From Candidatus Nealsonbacteria bacterium (GTDB taxonomy: Bacteria; Patescibacteriota; Minisyncoccia; Minisyncoccales; JAGMDC01): 64,000 bases of DNA. A model generated the notes under the pieces. It ran no database searches. It worked only from the letters and a program-made list of their open reading frames with translations, and was not told where the DNA came from. The stretch spans positions 17,631-81,630 of the forward strand of contig JAUWMZ010000004.1 in assembly GCA_030612885.1 (NCBI GenBank), given 5' to 3'. Of this stretch, positions 35,787 through 44,535 are shown one piece after another (within the stretch, counting starts at the first letter, position 1; each line of letters begins with the position of its first letter). Position numbers and translations under genes: made by a program.

Positions 35787-35789
35787 TTT

Positions 35790-36989
35790 ATGGCTGAGAA
35801 AGAAAAATTTGAAAGAGGAAAAACTCATCTTAATATTGGGACTATCGGTCACGTAGACCATGGTAAAACCACGCTTACAGCAGCTATTCTGCATGTTTTA
35901 AAGTTGAAAGGCTTTAAAGCATCGGAGAAAGCAGTAGAGCAGATTGATTCTGCTCCAGAAGAAAAAGCGCGTGGTTTAACTATTAATATTTCCCATTTAG
36001 AGTATGAAACAGAAAAGAGGCACTATGCGCATATTGATTGTCCTGGACACGCTGATTATATTAAAAATATGGTTACCGGTGCCGCGCAGATGGATGGAGC
36101 CATTTTGGTTGTTTCGGCTGCTGATGGTGTTATGCCTCAAACCAGAGAGCATATTTTGCTTGCTCGCCAAGTAGGATTATCTCATATAGTAGTATTTTTG
36201 AATAAATGTGATACCGTAGATGACCCTGAGATAATTGATTTAGTTGAGTCAGAAGTAAAAGAGCTTTTAAAAAAATATGAATTTCCAGGAGATGAAATTC
36301 CTGTTATTCGCGGTTCCGCTATTAAATCCCTTGATGCAAAGTCAGCTGATGATGAAGCAGCCAAACCAATTTTGGATTTAGCTAAAGCAGTAGATGATTA
36401 CTTTCCTGAACCAACTCGAGATATTGATAAACCATTTTTAATGGCTATTGAGGATGTTTTCTCTATTGCTGGAAGAGGAACTGTTGCTACTGGCAGGATT
36501 GAGCGAGGAATAGTTCATCCAAACGATGATGTAGAAATTGTTGGTTTTAAGCCTACCCAGAAAACAGTAGCAGTGAGCGTAGAAATGTTTAATAAGATAC
36601 TTGACGAAGGAAGAGCTGGTGATAATGTTGGAATTTTACTTCGCGGCCTTAAAAAAGAAGATGTGGAAAGAGGACAAGTTTTAGCAAATCCCGGCAGCAT
36701 TACTCCTCATACTGAATTTGACAGTGAAATTTATGTCCTGACCAAAGAAGAAGGTGGAAGACATTCTCCTTTCTTTGCCGGTTATAAGCCACAATTCTAT
36801 ATTCGAACGACTGATGTTACCGGAGATGTTGCCTTACCAGAAGGGACAGAGATGGTTATGCCCGGAGATACTGTTAATCTAAAAATTAAATTGATTGCTC
36901 CAATTGCTCTTGAAGAAAAACAAAGATTTGCTATCAGGGAAGGAGGTAAGACCGTAGGAGCAGGAGTAGTAACGAAGATAATTAAGTAA
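35790..36989 (+). CDS. tuf: elongation factor Tu
   Basis: [22 protein letters not shown], canonical EF-Tu throughout. Confidence 0.98.
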   Translation: MAEKEKFERGKTHLNIGTIGHVDHGKTTLTAAILHVLKLKGFKASEKAVEQIDSAPEEKARGLTINISHLEYETEKRHYAHIDCPGHADYIKNMVTGAAQMDGAILVVSAADGVMPQTREHILLARQVGLSHIVVFLNKCDTVDDPEIIDLVESEVKELLKKYEFPGDEIPVIRGSAIKSLDAKSADDEAAKPILDLAKAVDDYFPEPTRDIDKPFLMAIEDVFSIAGRGTVATGRIERGIVHPNDDVEIVGFKPTQKTVAVSVEMFNKILDEGRAGDNVGILLRGLKKEDVERGQVLANPGSITPHTEFDSEIYVLTKEEGGRHSPFFAGYKPQFYIRTTDVTGDVALPEGTEMVMPGDTVNLKIKLIAPIALEEKQRFAIREGGKTVGAGVVTKIIK

Positions 36990-37117
36990 AATTTTCAATT
37001 TTCAATTTTTATTCAATTTTCAATTCTTTAATTTTCAATTAGAAATTAGAAATTAGAAATTGATTGAAAATTAGAAATTAGAAATTGAAAATTAATTCGT
37101 TGTTCTTTTGAGATAAG
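36990..37117 (+). repeat. hairpin spacer, ATTTTCAATT / AATTAGAAAT word family
   Basis: 5' half tandem attttcaatt units, 3' half tandem agaaatt / aattgaaaatt units. Confidence 0.8.
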
Positions 37118-37456
37118 ATGACTACAAAGAAAAAAGCAGATGAAATTGAAATAAAGCCCAAGTTAAGGATAAAATTACGGGCTTATGACCATAAGGTTAT
37201 TGATAATAGCGCTCGACAAATTGTTGAGGCGGCTCTGCGCTATGGTGTTGAAGTTTTTGGACCAATTCCTTTACCGACTGAAATACACAAATATACAGTC
37301 AATAGAGCTTCTTTTATTCATAAAGACAGCCGGGAGCAGTTTGAAATGAGAGTTCATAAACGGTTGATTGACATACTTAATCCCAATCCGAAAGTCATTG
37401 ATGCTTTGACTAGCTTGACTCTTCCAGCTGGGGTAGAAATTGAAATCAAGATGTAA
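37118..37456 (+). CDS. rpsJ: 30S ribosomal protein S10
   Basis: [21 protein letters not shown]..., GPIPLPT. Confidence 0.96.
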   Translation: MTTKKKADEIEIKPKLRIKLRAYDHKVIDNSARQIVEAALRYGVEVFGPIPLPTEIHKYTVNRASFIHKDSREQFEMRVHKRLIDILNPNPKVIDALTSLTLPAGVEIEIKM

Positions 37457-37462
37457 TATTAT

Positions 37463-37642
37463 CAACGAATTTACCAATCCTTTACGAATATACGAATATT
37501 TATATCATAAAACATGGTTTTTCTTTCTAAAACATTTATATTTTAGTAAAATTAATTAAGGGAAATAACCTACGGGTGTCGGGTTAACCCGACATTTTTT
37601 AATTCTATTCGTAAATTCGTATAAAATTTGTTATTCGTTGAT
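37463..37642 (+). repeat. long-range inverted repeat spacer, ACGAAT/ATTCGT word family, enclosing a terminator hairpin
   Basis: atcaacgaat...tacgaatatacgaata (5') versus tattcgtaaattcgtata...ttattcgttgat (3'); the 3' arm abuts the rplC ATG. Confidence 0.7.
37578..37600 (+). terminator. intrinsic terminator-like hairpin between rpsJ and rplC
   Basis: gtcgggttaacccgac (perfect palindrome) followed by attttttt. Confidence 0.6.
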
Positions 37643-37646
37643 TGTT

Positions 37647-38243
37647 ATGAAGTTTATCTTAGGAAAAAAATTAGAAATGTCTCAGTTTTTTAATGAAAAA
37701 GGAAAGGTTATTCCAGTAACCTTAATTGAAGCCGGACCTTGTTATGTCGCTCAAGTAAAGAATAAGGAAAAAGATAAATACGAAGCGGTTCAGCTTGGTT
37801 TTGAAAAAATACTTAAAAAGAAGAAAATAAAAAAAACAATGAAAGGAAAAGAATATAGATATTTAAGAGAGTTTAAAAATGGTAAAGAATACAAGATAGG
37901 GGACGAAATTAATGTTTCGCTTTTTCAAGAAGGAGATAAAGTAAAAATTTCTGGAATTTCTAAAGGAAAAGGATTTCAGGGGGCAGTGAAAAGATGGGGA
38001 TTTCATGGAAGAAATGCTACTCACGGAGTTAAGCATGAGCAAAGAACCCTGGGTTCAGTAGGAAGTGCTTATCCGGAAAGAGTAATCAAAGGAAAAAAAA
38101 TGCCCGGCAGAATGGGAGCCGAGAGAGTGACAGTTAAAAATTTAAAAATAGCGAAAGTTGATAAAGAAAATAACTTATTGGCAGTTGAAGGAGCAGTGCC
38201 AGGAAGACGCGGGACACTACTTGAAATACGTTCGGGAATATAG
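37647..38243 (+). CDS. rplC: 50S ribosomal protein L3
   Basis: Start moved to ATG 37647 (MKFILGKKLEM); SKGKGFQGAVKRWGF; last codons and TAG lie in a repeat-element terminus. Confidence 0.95.
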   Translation: MKFILGKKLEMSQFFNEKGKVIPVTLIEAGPCYVAQVKNKEKDKYEAVQLGFEKILKKKKIKKTMKGKEYRYLREFKNGKEYKIGDEINVSLFQEGDKVKISGISKGKGFQGAVKRWGFHGRNATHGVKHEQRTLGSVGSAYPERVIKGKKMPGRMGAERVTVKNLKIAKVDKENNLLAVEGAVPGRRGTLLEIRSGI

Positions 38244-38248
38244 GCAAT

Positions 38249-38396
38249 CGCTCGGAAAGTAATTTTTAGGAGACGCTCATTCGCTTCCAGCGAGCGAATT
38301 CGCTCAGTTCTCGGCAAAATTCGAGCACTCAAGATGTTGAGTGCTCGACCAAGCAATTTTGCCTCGAGGTGCTCCATAAAAATTACTTTCCTCGCT
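38249..38396. mobile_element. GC-rich ~148-nt multi-stem repeat element, copy A (MITE-like / structured RNA)
   Basis: About 95% identical to 58959-59108. 15-bp outer stem ggaaagtaattttta/taaaaattactttcc; hairpins attcgct/agcgaat and cgagcactcaa/ttgagtgctcg; ggcaaaatt/aattttgcc. Confidence 0.8.
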
Positions 38397-38481
38397 TAAA
38401 TATTTTTGTGAAACTTGTTGCCTCGCTTTTCAGAAAGATTAGAAAATAAAAAAAAATCGGCAACATTACAACATTATAACA

Positions 38482-39135
38482 ATGCCAACCATTCCAGTTT
38501 ACAATCAAAAAGGTGAAGAAACAGGAAAAACAGAATTACCTTCTGAGATATTTGAGGTTGCTTTTAGTCCTGATTTGGTTCATCAGGTTGTTGTTTCGCA
38601 AATGGCAAATCGAAGGCAGGTTAGCGCTCATACTAAAGACAGAAGTGAAGTGCGCGGAGGAGGCAAAAAACCCTGGCGGCAAAAAGGAACCGGAAGAGCA
38701 AGACATGGCTCTATCCGTTCACCTTTATGGAAGGGAGGAGGCGTAACATTTGGTCCGACTAAAGAGAGAAATTTTAAAAAAATAATTCCTAAAAAAATAA
38801 AAAGAAAAGCTCTTTTTATGGTTTTAAGCCAAAAGAAGAAAGATAATGAATTGGTTGTCTTAGATGAGTTGAAGATTGAGAAACCAGAGACAAAAATAAT
38901 GAAAGGAATAATCCAGAATCTGAAATCAAAAATTAAAAACATAAAAACAGAAAGTTTTCTAATCACTTTGCCAAAAATGGATAAGAATATCATTTTATCA
39001 ACCAGAAACATTCCTAAAATAGATACAATTCAAGCAAAAGAATTAAATTGTCTTGATATTTTAAATTATAAATACTTAATGCTTCCTAAAGAAGCAGTTG
39101 AAGTAATAAAAACTACGTTTTTAAAATCCCAATAA
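38482..39135 (+). CDS. rplD: 50S ribosomal protein L4
   Basis: VSAHTKDRSEVRGGGKKPWRQKGTGRARHGSIRSPLWKGGG. Confidence 0.96.
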   Translation: MPTIPVYNQKGEETGKTELPSEIFEVAFSPDLVHQVVVSQMANRRQVSAHTKDRSEVRGGGKKPWRQKGTGRARHGSIRSPLWKGGGVTFGPTKERNFKKIIPKKIKRKALFMVLSQKKKDNELVVLDELKIEKPETKIMKGIIQNLKSKIKNIKTESFLITLPKMDKNIILSTRNIPKIDTIQAKELNCLDILNYKYLMLPKEAVEVIKTTFLKSQ

Positions 39136-39263
39136 CCTATAATAATTTTCAATTTTCAATTTTCAATTTTCATTCAATTTTCAATTTAATAATTTTCAAT
39201 TAGAAATTAAAGAATTAGAAATTTATTAGAAATTAGAAATTAGAAATTAGAAATTTAAAACCT
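39136..39263 (+). repeat. hairpin spacer, ATTTTCAATT / AATTAGAAAT word family
   Basis: aattttcaattttcaattttcaattttcatt...attagaaattagaaattagaaattagaaattt. Confidence 0.8.
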
Positions 39264-39704
39264 GTGGCTTTACTTGATATCTTCAAAAGGAAGAAGAAAA
39301 AGGAAGAGAAAATTGAACCCGTAAAAAAGAAAGAAGAGGAGGCGAAAGAACCTCCTAAAGTTAGTGTTTCAAAACCCAAGCCCGCTTTCGTTAAAGCTAC
39401 GGCGGGCAGGGAAAAAAAGATTGATTTGGCTTGGAAGATTTTAGAGACACCTCATATTTCTGAAAAAGCCACTGATTTAACAAAGCAGAACAAATATGTT
39501 TTTAGGGTTTTTCCTAAATCAAATAAAAAAGAGATAAAAAAAGCAGTGGAAGATGTTTACGGGATAGATGTTTTAGATGTTAGAACTATTAAAATTCCCA
39601 GAAAGAAGAAGATGAGAGGCAGGGTTTCTGGCTGGAAAAAGGGCTATAAAAAAGCAATTGTGAAAATAAAAGAAGGCCAGAAGATAGAACTGTTACCTCG
39701 ATAA
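39264..39704 (+). CDS. rplW: 50S ribosomal protein L23 with Lys-rich N-terminal extension (GTG start)
   Basis: Core ILETPHISEKATDL...YVFRV; about 55-aa extension containing the KATAG hairpin insert. Confidence 0.9.
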   Translation: MALLDIFKRKKKKEEKIEPVKKKEEEAKEPPKVSVSKPKPAFVKATAGREKKIDLAWKILETPHISEKATDLTKQNKYVFRVFPKSNKKEIKKAVEDVYGIDVLDVRTIKIPRKKKMRGRVSGWKKGYKKAIVKIKEGQKIELLPR

Positions 39705-39708
39705 ACCT

Positions 39709-40539
39709 ATGAAAAAATATAAACCAACAACACCGGGAAGGAGAGGAATGACTAAAACAGATTCTTCTTTTTTAACTAAGAAAAAACCTGAAAAAGGTTT
39801 GCTTTCAGCAATCAGAAAAAGGGGAGGAAGAAATTTAGAAGGAAGAATTACAATCAGGCATCGGGGCGGCGGAGCGAAAAGAATGTATAGACATACTGAT
39901 TTTGGCCAAGAGAAAATTGATATTCCGGCAAAGGTTATTGCTTTAGAGTATGATCCTAACCGTTCTGCTTTTATTGCTCTTTTGGAATATCAAGACAAAG
40001 AGAAAAGATATATTTTGGCTCCCCAAGGATTAAAAAAGGGCGATGAAATAATGATTTCAGAAAAAACAGAACTTAAGCCGGGAAATAGAATGAAATTAAA
40101 AAATATTCCAGTCGGAACTTTGGTCTATAATGTTGAGCTTGAGCTAAACAAAGGAGGAATTATTGTAAAAGGAGCAGGCACTACAGCAAAGGTTTTAGCT
40201 CAAGAAGGAGGGTACACTCATCTTGTTCTTCCTTCTTCTGAAATTAGGAAAGTGTCCAGAGAATGTTTTGCTTCAATAGGCATAGTTTCAAACCCTGAAC
40301 ATAGATATGTCACAATAGGAAAGGCAGGCAGAACACGTCATAAGGGTAAAAGATCCCATGTCAGAGGTACGGCAATGAATCCTGTAGATCATCCACATGG
40401 CGGTGGAGAAGGGAGAACCGGGATTGGGATGAAGCATCCTAAAACTCCTTGGGGCAAGCCGGCCTTAGGAGTAAAAACAAGAAAGAAAAAATGGACAGAC
40501 AAGCTTATTATTAAAAGAAGAAAGAAGAAAAAGAAATAA
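39709..40539 (+). CDS. rplB: 50S ribosomal protein L2
   Basis: GRNLEGRITIRHRGGG, GTAMNPVDHPHGGGEG. Confidence 0.97.
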   Translation: MKKYKPTTPGRRGMTKTDSSFLTKKKPEKGLLSAIRKRGGRNLEGRITIRHRGGGAKRMYRHTDFGQEKIDIPAKVIALEYDPNRSAFIALLEYQDKEKRYILAPQGLKKGDEIMISEKTELKPGNRMKLKNIPVGTLVYNVELELNKGGIIVKGAGTTAKVLAQEGGYTHLVLPSSEIRKVSRECFASIGIVSNPEHRYVTIGKAGRTRHKGKRSHVRGTAMNPVDHPHGGGEGRTGIGMKHPKTPWGKPALGVKTRKKKWTDKLIIKRRKKKKK

Positions 40540-40548
40540 TAAATAAAT

Positions 40549-40866
40549 ATGGCAAGAAGTCTTAAAAAAGGTCCTTATGTGGACCAAAAATTATTAAAAA
40601 AAATGGGCAGATTTAAGAAAGGCGATAAAGCGATTATTAAGACCTGGGCAAGAAGTTGTACTATATCTCCAGAAATGGTTGGTTTTACTTTTGGCGTCCA
40701 TAACGGTAAGGAACATATTCCTGTCTTTGTTAGCGAAGATATGGTAGGTCATAAACTGGGAGAATTTGCTCCAACTAAAAAATTTACGAGACACGGAGGA
40801 AAAATGCAAAAAGAACAGGAAATGAAAGTCAAAGAACAAGAAAAAGAAAAAACAAAAACATCTTAA
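40549..40866 (+). CDS. rpsS: 30S ribosomal protein S19 (Lys/Glu-rich C-terminal extension)
   Basis: [39 protein letters not shown]. Confidence 0.96.
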   Translation: MARSLKKGPYVDQKLLKKMGRFKKGDKAIIKTWARSCTISPEMVGFTFGVHNGKEHIPVFVSEDMVGHKLGEFAPTKKFTRHGGKMQKEQEMKVKEQEKEKTKTS

Positions 40867-40916
40867 CATTTCCAAATTTATTATTTGTTAGTATGTTAAA
40901 ATGTTAGCATGTTTAT
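40867..40916 (+). repeat. short spacer of the TTAACAT/ATGTTAA word family
   Basis: ttgttagtatgttaaaatgttagcatgtttat directly before the rplV ATG. Confidence 0.55.
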
Positions 40917-41453
40917 ATGCCTATTACAGCGAGATTAAAGTATCTTCATATTGCTCCGAGAAAAGTTCGTTTAGTAACTGATTTGATTCGCGGAAAAACG
41001 GTTGAGGAAGCTCAAAAGATTTTGAATTTTAGTTCGAATAGAGCTTCTCAGCCATTATTGAAATTACTTAAATCCTGTATAGCTAATGCCAAAAATAATT
41101 TTCAAATTGAGCAAGAAAACCTTTTTATATTAAAGATTTTTGTTGATGAAGGACCAAAACTAAAAAGATGGCATGCTCAATCAAGAGGTCGGGCTGCTGA
41201 AATTCAAAAAAAGAGTTCCCATATTTCTTTAGAAATAAGTGAGATTAAAAAGAAAACTAAAAAAATTAAAAAGGTAGCAAAAACAAAAGAAAAAATTGTT
41301 GAAAAGAAATCCTCTCTTGCTGAAGTTAAGGGAGACAAGGTAGACAAAGAAGCTCCAAAAATAGAAAAACCAAAAACAATCATTAGGAAAGAGAGACCTG
41401 TGCCCAAAATAAAACAAACCATGAAGAGAGTATTTAGGCGAAAAGCCTTTTAA
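40917..41453 (+). CDS. rplV: 50S ribosomal protein L22 with ~70-aa Lys-rich C-terminal extension
   Basis: LHIAPRKVRLVTDLIRGK..., RGRAAEIQKKSSHI then KKKTKKIKKVAKTKEK... Confidence 0.93.
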   Translation: MPITARLKYLHIAPRKVRLVTDLIRGKTVEEAQKILNFSSNRASQPLLKLLKSCIANAKNNFQIEQENLFILKIFVDEGPKLKRWHAQSRGRAAEIQKKSSHISLEISEIKKKTKKIKKVAKTKEKIVEKKSSLAEVKGDKVDKEAPKIEKPKTIIRKERPVPKIKQTMKRVFRRKAF

Positions 41454-41456
41454 ATT

Positions 41457-42140
41457 ATGTCTCATAGAGTTCATCCAAAAGCATACAGATTGAGAGAAAC
41501 AAACGACTGGGATTCTCGATGGCAAACTAAAAGAAATCTCCCGGAATATTTAAAGGAGGATTTTATAATAAGAGAGTTTTTAGAAAAAAAATTGAAAGAT
41601 TCCGGAGTTCAGAGTATTGAAATTGAAAGATTTTCCGGTAAAGTCAATGTTATTATTAATACTTCAAAACCAGGTTTTATTATTGGTCGTGGCGGAAAAG
41701 GAGCAGAAGATATTAAAAGAGATTTAGAGAAAAAAATCATTAAAAGTTATAAATTATCTATTAATAAAAAGAAAATAACTTCTTTGTCTCAAGAAAAAAA
41801 AGAGATGAGAATTGAAATTAGAGAGATAAGAAATCCTTGGGCACATTCAAGAATTATTGCTCAATGGATTGCTCAACAAATTGAAAAAAGAATGCGTTAT
41901 CGGAGAACGCTTAAACAGGCATTAAGCAAGGTTATGGTAAATAAAGAAATAAAAGGAGTGAGAGTAGAAGTTTCTGGTCGTTTAGACGGAACTAAAATTG
42001 CTCGGCGAGAATGGCTTCATGTTGGTCATCTTCCTCGTCAAACTTTAAGAGCAAAGATTGATTATGGAACAGCAACGGCCCACTGTACTTATGGAGCAGT
42101 AGGAGTGAAAGTTTGGGTATACAAAGGCGAACAGTTTTAA
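41457..42140 (+). CDS. rpsC: 30S ribosomal protein S3
   Basis: HRVHPKAYRL, KH domain GFIIGRGGKGAEDIK, GRLDGTKIARREW. Confidence 0.96.
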   Translation: MSHRVHPKAYRLRETNDWDSRWQTKRNLPEYLKEDFIIREFLEKKLKDSGVQSIEIERFSGKVNVIINTSKPGFIIGRGGKGAEDIKRDLEKKIIKSYKLSINKKKITSLSQEKKEMRIEIREIRNPWAHSRIIAQWIAQQIEKRMRYRRTLKQALSKVMVNKEIKGVRVEVSGRLDGTKIARREWLHVGHLPRQTLRAKIDYGTATAHCTYGAVGVKVWVYKGEQF

Positions 42141-42233
42141 TCCACGAATAAAATCACGAATAAAAGAATCACTAATTATCACGAATAATTATTAGTGAAT
42201 ATTCGCGATTAAAATTAGTGATTTATTAGTGGT
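42141..42233 (+). repeat. hairpin spacer, CACGAAT/CACTAAT versus ATTAGTG/ATTCGCG word family
   Basis: ccacgaataaaatcacgaataaaagaatcactaattatcacgaataa | ttattagtgaatattcgcgattaaaattagtgatttattagtgg. Confidence 0.75.
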
Positions 42234-42638
42234 ATGTTGATGCCGAAAAAAATTAAACATCGTAAATGGCGAAAAGGCCGTTCAAAGGGGATAGAAAGGC
42301 GAGGAACTGAACTATCTTTTGGTAGTTATGGTTTAAAAGTTTTAGAAAAGAAATGGATTACTGCTCGTCAGATCGAGGCAGCTCGCCGAGCGATTATTAG
42401 ATATTTAAGAAAAGGAGGAAAACTTTGGATAAGAATTTTTCCAGATAAACCTATAACTAAAAAAGGAACAGAAGTTCCTATGGGCGGAGGTAAGGGAAGT
42501 GTAGAGTATTATGCTTTTCCAATAAAACCAGGCAGAATTATTTTTGAATTAGAAGGAATAAAAGAAGAAATGGCTAAGGAAGCTTTTAAAAGAGCAACAG
42601 ATAAATTGCCAGTAAAAACAAAATTTATCAAGCGATAG
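42234..42638 (+). CDS. rplP: 50S ribosomal protein L16
   Basis: [36 protein letters not shown]. Confidence 0.96.
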   Translation: MLMPKKIKHRKWRKGRSKGIERRGTELSFGSYGLKVLEKKWITARQIEAARRAIIRYLRKGGKLWIRIFPDKPITKKGTEVPMGGGKGSVEYYAFPIKPGRIIFELEGIKEEMAKEAFKRATDKLPVKTKFIKR

Positions 42639-42647
42639 AAAAACTTT

Positions 42648-42830
42648 ATGAAGACAAAAGAGCTACAACAAAAATCCCAATCAGAACTTCAGCATATTTT
42701 AATAAAAAATCGTGAGAAGTTACGACAGTTGCGTTTTGATTTAGCTTCTGGTAAGGTTAAAAATGTTAGAGAAATTCGAAAAATTAAAAAAGAAATTGCT
42801 CAAACATTAACAATTTTAAAGCAACAGTAA
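42648..42830 (+). CDS. rpmC: 50S ribosomal protein L29
   Basis: 60 aa, ELQ...[26 protein letters not shown]. Confidence 0.9.
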   Translation: MKTKELQQKSQSELQHILIKNREKLRQLRFDLASGKVKNVREIRKIKKEIAQTLTILKQQ

Positions 42831-42831
42831 C

Positions 42832-43062
42832 ATGAAAAAAGAATTAAAAGGAACAGTTGTTTCTAATAAAATGTCAAAAACTATAGTAGTAGAAGTGGAA
42901 AGGATAAAAGTTCATCCTAAATACAAGAGAAGATATAAAGTACACAAAAAATACAAAGCCCACAATGAAAAGGGAGAGTTTAAGGTAGGAGACAAAGTAA
43001 TTATTGAAGAATGCCGGCCATTATCTAAAGAGAAGAAGTGGAGAGTTATAAAAAAGGTTTAA
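42832..43062 (+). CDS. rpsQ: 30S ribosomal protein S17
   Basis: [20 protein letters not shown]...HPKYKR...HNE...[14 protein letters not shown]. Confidence 0.94.
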   Translation: MKKELKGTVVSNKMSKTIVVEVERIKVHPKYKRRYKVHKKYKAHNEKGEFKVGDKVIIEECRPLSKEKKWRVIKKV

Positions 43063-43186
43063 AATTTTCAATTATTTAATTTTCAATTTTCATTAAATTT
43101 TCAATTATTTAATTTTCAATTAAATAAAAATTAGAAATTGAATCATTAGAAATTTAATAGAAATTAGAAATTAGAAATTTCACATT
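43063..43186 (+). repeat. hairpin spacer, ATTTTCAATT / AATTAGAAAT word family
   Basis: aattttcaattatttaattttcaattttcatt...attagaaattgaatcattagaaatttaatagaaattagaaattagaaattt. Confidence 0.8.
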
Positions 43187-43558
43187 GTGATTCAGCCACA
43201 GACAATGTTAAAAATAGTAGACAATACTGGAGCTAAAATTGCTCAGTGTTTTAAGGTACTTGGCGGAACACGGAGAAGATATGCTCAAATCGGAGATATA
43301 GTTGTAGTTGCCGTAAAAAAAGCAGAACCGAGAAAAGCTGTTAAAAAACACGATAAAGTAAGAGCAGTAATTGTTAGGCAAAAAAAGGCATATAGACGTT
43401 CAGACGGCTCCTATATTCGTTTTGATGATAATGCAGCAGTTATTCTTGAAGGTACTAGTAAAGAGCCGAAAGGGGGAAGAATTTTAGGACCAGTGGCTCG
43501 AGAAATAAAAGAGAAAGGATTTGAGAAAATAGCTGGAATGGCAAAAGACATGGTCTAA
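43187..43558 (+). CDS. rplN: 50S ribosomal protein L14 (GTG start)
   Basis: MIQPQTMLKIVDNTGAK..., IRFDDNAAVIL. Confidence 0.96.
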   Translation: MIQPQTMLKIVDNTGAKIAQCFKVLGGTRRRYAQIGDIVVVAVKKAEPRKAVKKHDKVRAVIVRQKKAYRRSDGSYIRFDDNAAVILEGTSKEPKGGRILGPVAREIKEKGFEKIAGMAKDMV

Positions 43559-43648
43559 CCACTAATATTTACTAATTTTAATCACGAATACTCACTAATA
43601 ATTTATTAGTGATAATTAGTAATTTTTATTCGCGATTTTATTAGCGGT
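43559..43648 (+). repeat. hairpin spacer, CACTAAT/CACGAAT word family
   Basis: ccactaatatttactaattttaatcacgaatactcactaataa | ttattagtgataattagtaatttttattcgcgattttattagcgg. Confidence 0.75.
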
Positions 43649-43972
43649 ATGAAGATTAAAAAAGGTGACACAGTATTAATCATTTCAGGTAAAGACCGAG
43701 CCAGAAAAGGCAAGGTTCTTCAGGTTATCCCTAAAGAAGAAAAGGTTTTGGTTGAAGGTATTAATATAAGAAAAAAAAGTGTTAAACCAAAAAAAAGCGG
43801 AGAAAAAGGACAAATAGTAGAAATGCCCGGTCCAATTTCTGTTTCAAATTTGAAACTTATTTGTCCGAAATGTAAAAAAGCAACAAGGATAGAGTATAAA
43901 ATAATAAAATCGAAAGATGCGAGTAAGAAAACAAAAATAAGAATATGCAAAAAATGCCAATCAGAAATATGA
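43649..43972 (+). CDS. rplX: 50S ribosomal protein L24 with C-terminal Cys4 zinc ribbon
   Basis: KOW motif KKGDTVLIISGKDRARKGKV; CPKCKK...CKKC. Confidence 0.93.
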   Translation: MKIKKGDTVLIISGKDRARKGKVLQVIPKEEKVLVEGINIRKKSVKPKKSGEKGQIVEMPGPISVSNLKLICPKCKKATRIEYKIIKSKDASKKTKIRICKKCQSEI

Positions 43973-44523
43973 TTAAACTAAAAGACAAATATATTAAAGA
44001 AGCAATACCGGCTATGAAAGAAAAATTCGGTTATAAAAACAGTATGGCTGTTCCTAAAATTGAGAAAGTAGTGATTAATAATAGTTTTGGCAGGATGATA
44101 ATGGATAAAACATCTGATGAGAAAAAGAAAATTAAAGAAGCAATTATACAAGATTTGTCTTTAATCTGCGGTCAACGTCCAGTTTTAACTAAATCAAAAA
44201 AGTCCATTTCTACTTTTAAAGTTCGTGAAGGTATGGAAATTGGGGCAAAAGTTACTTTGAGAAAGAAAAAAATGTATGATTTTTTAGATAGGTTAATTCA
44301 TATTACTTTTCCTCGCTCTCGTGATTTTCGAGGCATTGACTCTAAATCAATTGATGAAAAAGGAAATTTAACCATTGCTATTAAGGAACATATTTCTTTT
44401 CCAGAAGTATCGCCAGAGAAGACAAGATTTCTTTTCGGGTTTGAGATAACTGTGGTAACTACTGCCAAAAATAAAAAACAGGGATTAGAATTATTAAAAT
44501 TGTTGGGATTCCCAATAAAATAA
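43969..44523 (+). CDS. rplE: 50S ribosomal protein L5
   Basis: Start placed at ATG 43969 (ATGA overlap with rplX stop); MIKLKDKYIKE..., FRGI...DEKGNLTIAIKEHISFPE. Confidence 0.94.
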   Translation: MIKLKDKYIKEAIPAMKEKFGYKNSMAVPKIEKVVINNSFGRMIMDKTSDEKKKIKEAIIQDLSLICGQRPVLTKSKKSISTFKVREGMEIGAKVTLRKKKMYDFLDRLIHITFPRSRDFRGIDSKSIDEKGNLTIAIKEHISFPEVSPEKTRFLFGFEITVVTTAKNKKQGLELLKLLGFPIK

Positions 44524-44535
44524 CTCTACGAAATA

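Noticed and set aside
36990-37117. Possible CRISPR array (regular short repeats in several spacers: 36990-37117, 39136-39263, 43063-43186, 44722-44849)
   Set aside because: The units are only 7-11 nt and directly tandem, with no unique spacers. The second half of each region is the complement of the first (hairpin, not array). No cas genes are present.
38069-38377. Minus-strand ORFs beginning MEHLEAKLLGR... present at both 38069-38377 and 58834-59088, which looked like a conserved small protein
   Set aside because: They lie entirely within the two copies of the GC-rich repeat element. The nucleotide differences between copies are mostly non-synonymous, and they are compensatory for RNA/DNA stems rather than protein-preserving. 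The reading frames diverge completely outside the repeat.
43970-43972. Possible UGA recoding (alternative genetic code, as in some CPR lineages)
   Set aside because: TGA ends several well-conserved genes at their expected C-termini (rplX, parA, the PP-loop upstream gene, galT, ppsA). No conserved gene needs read-through of TGA, so the standard bacterial code fits.
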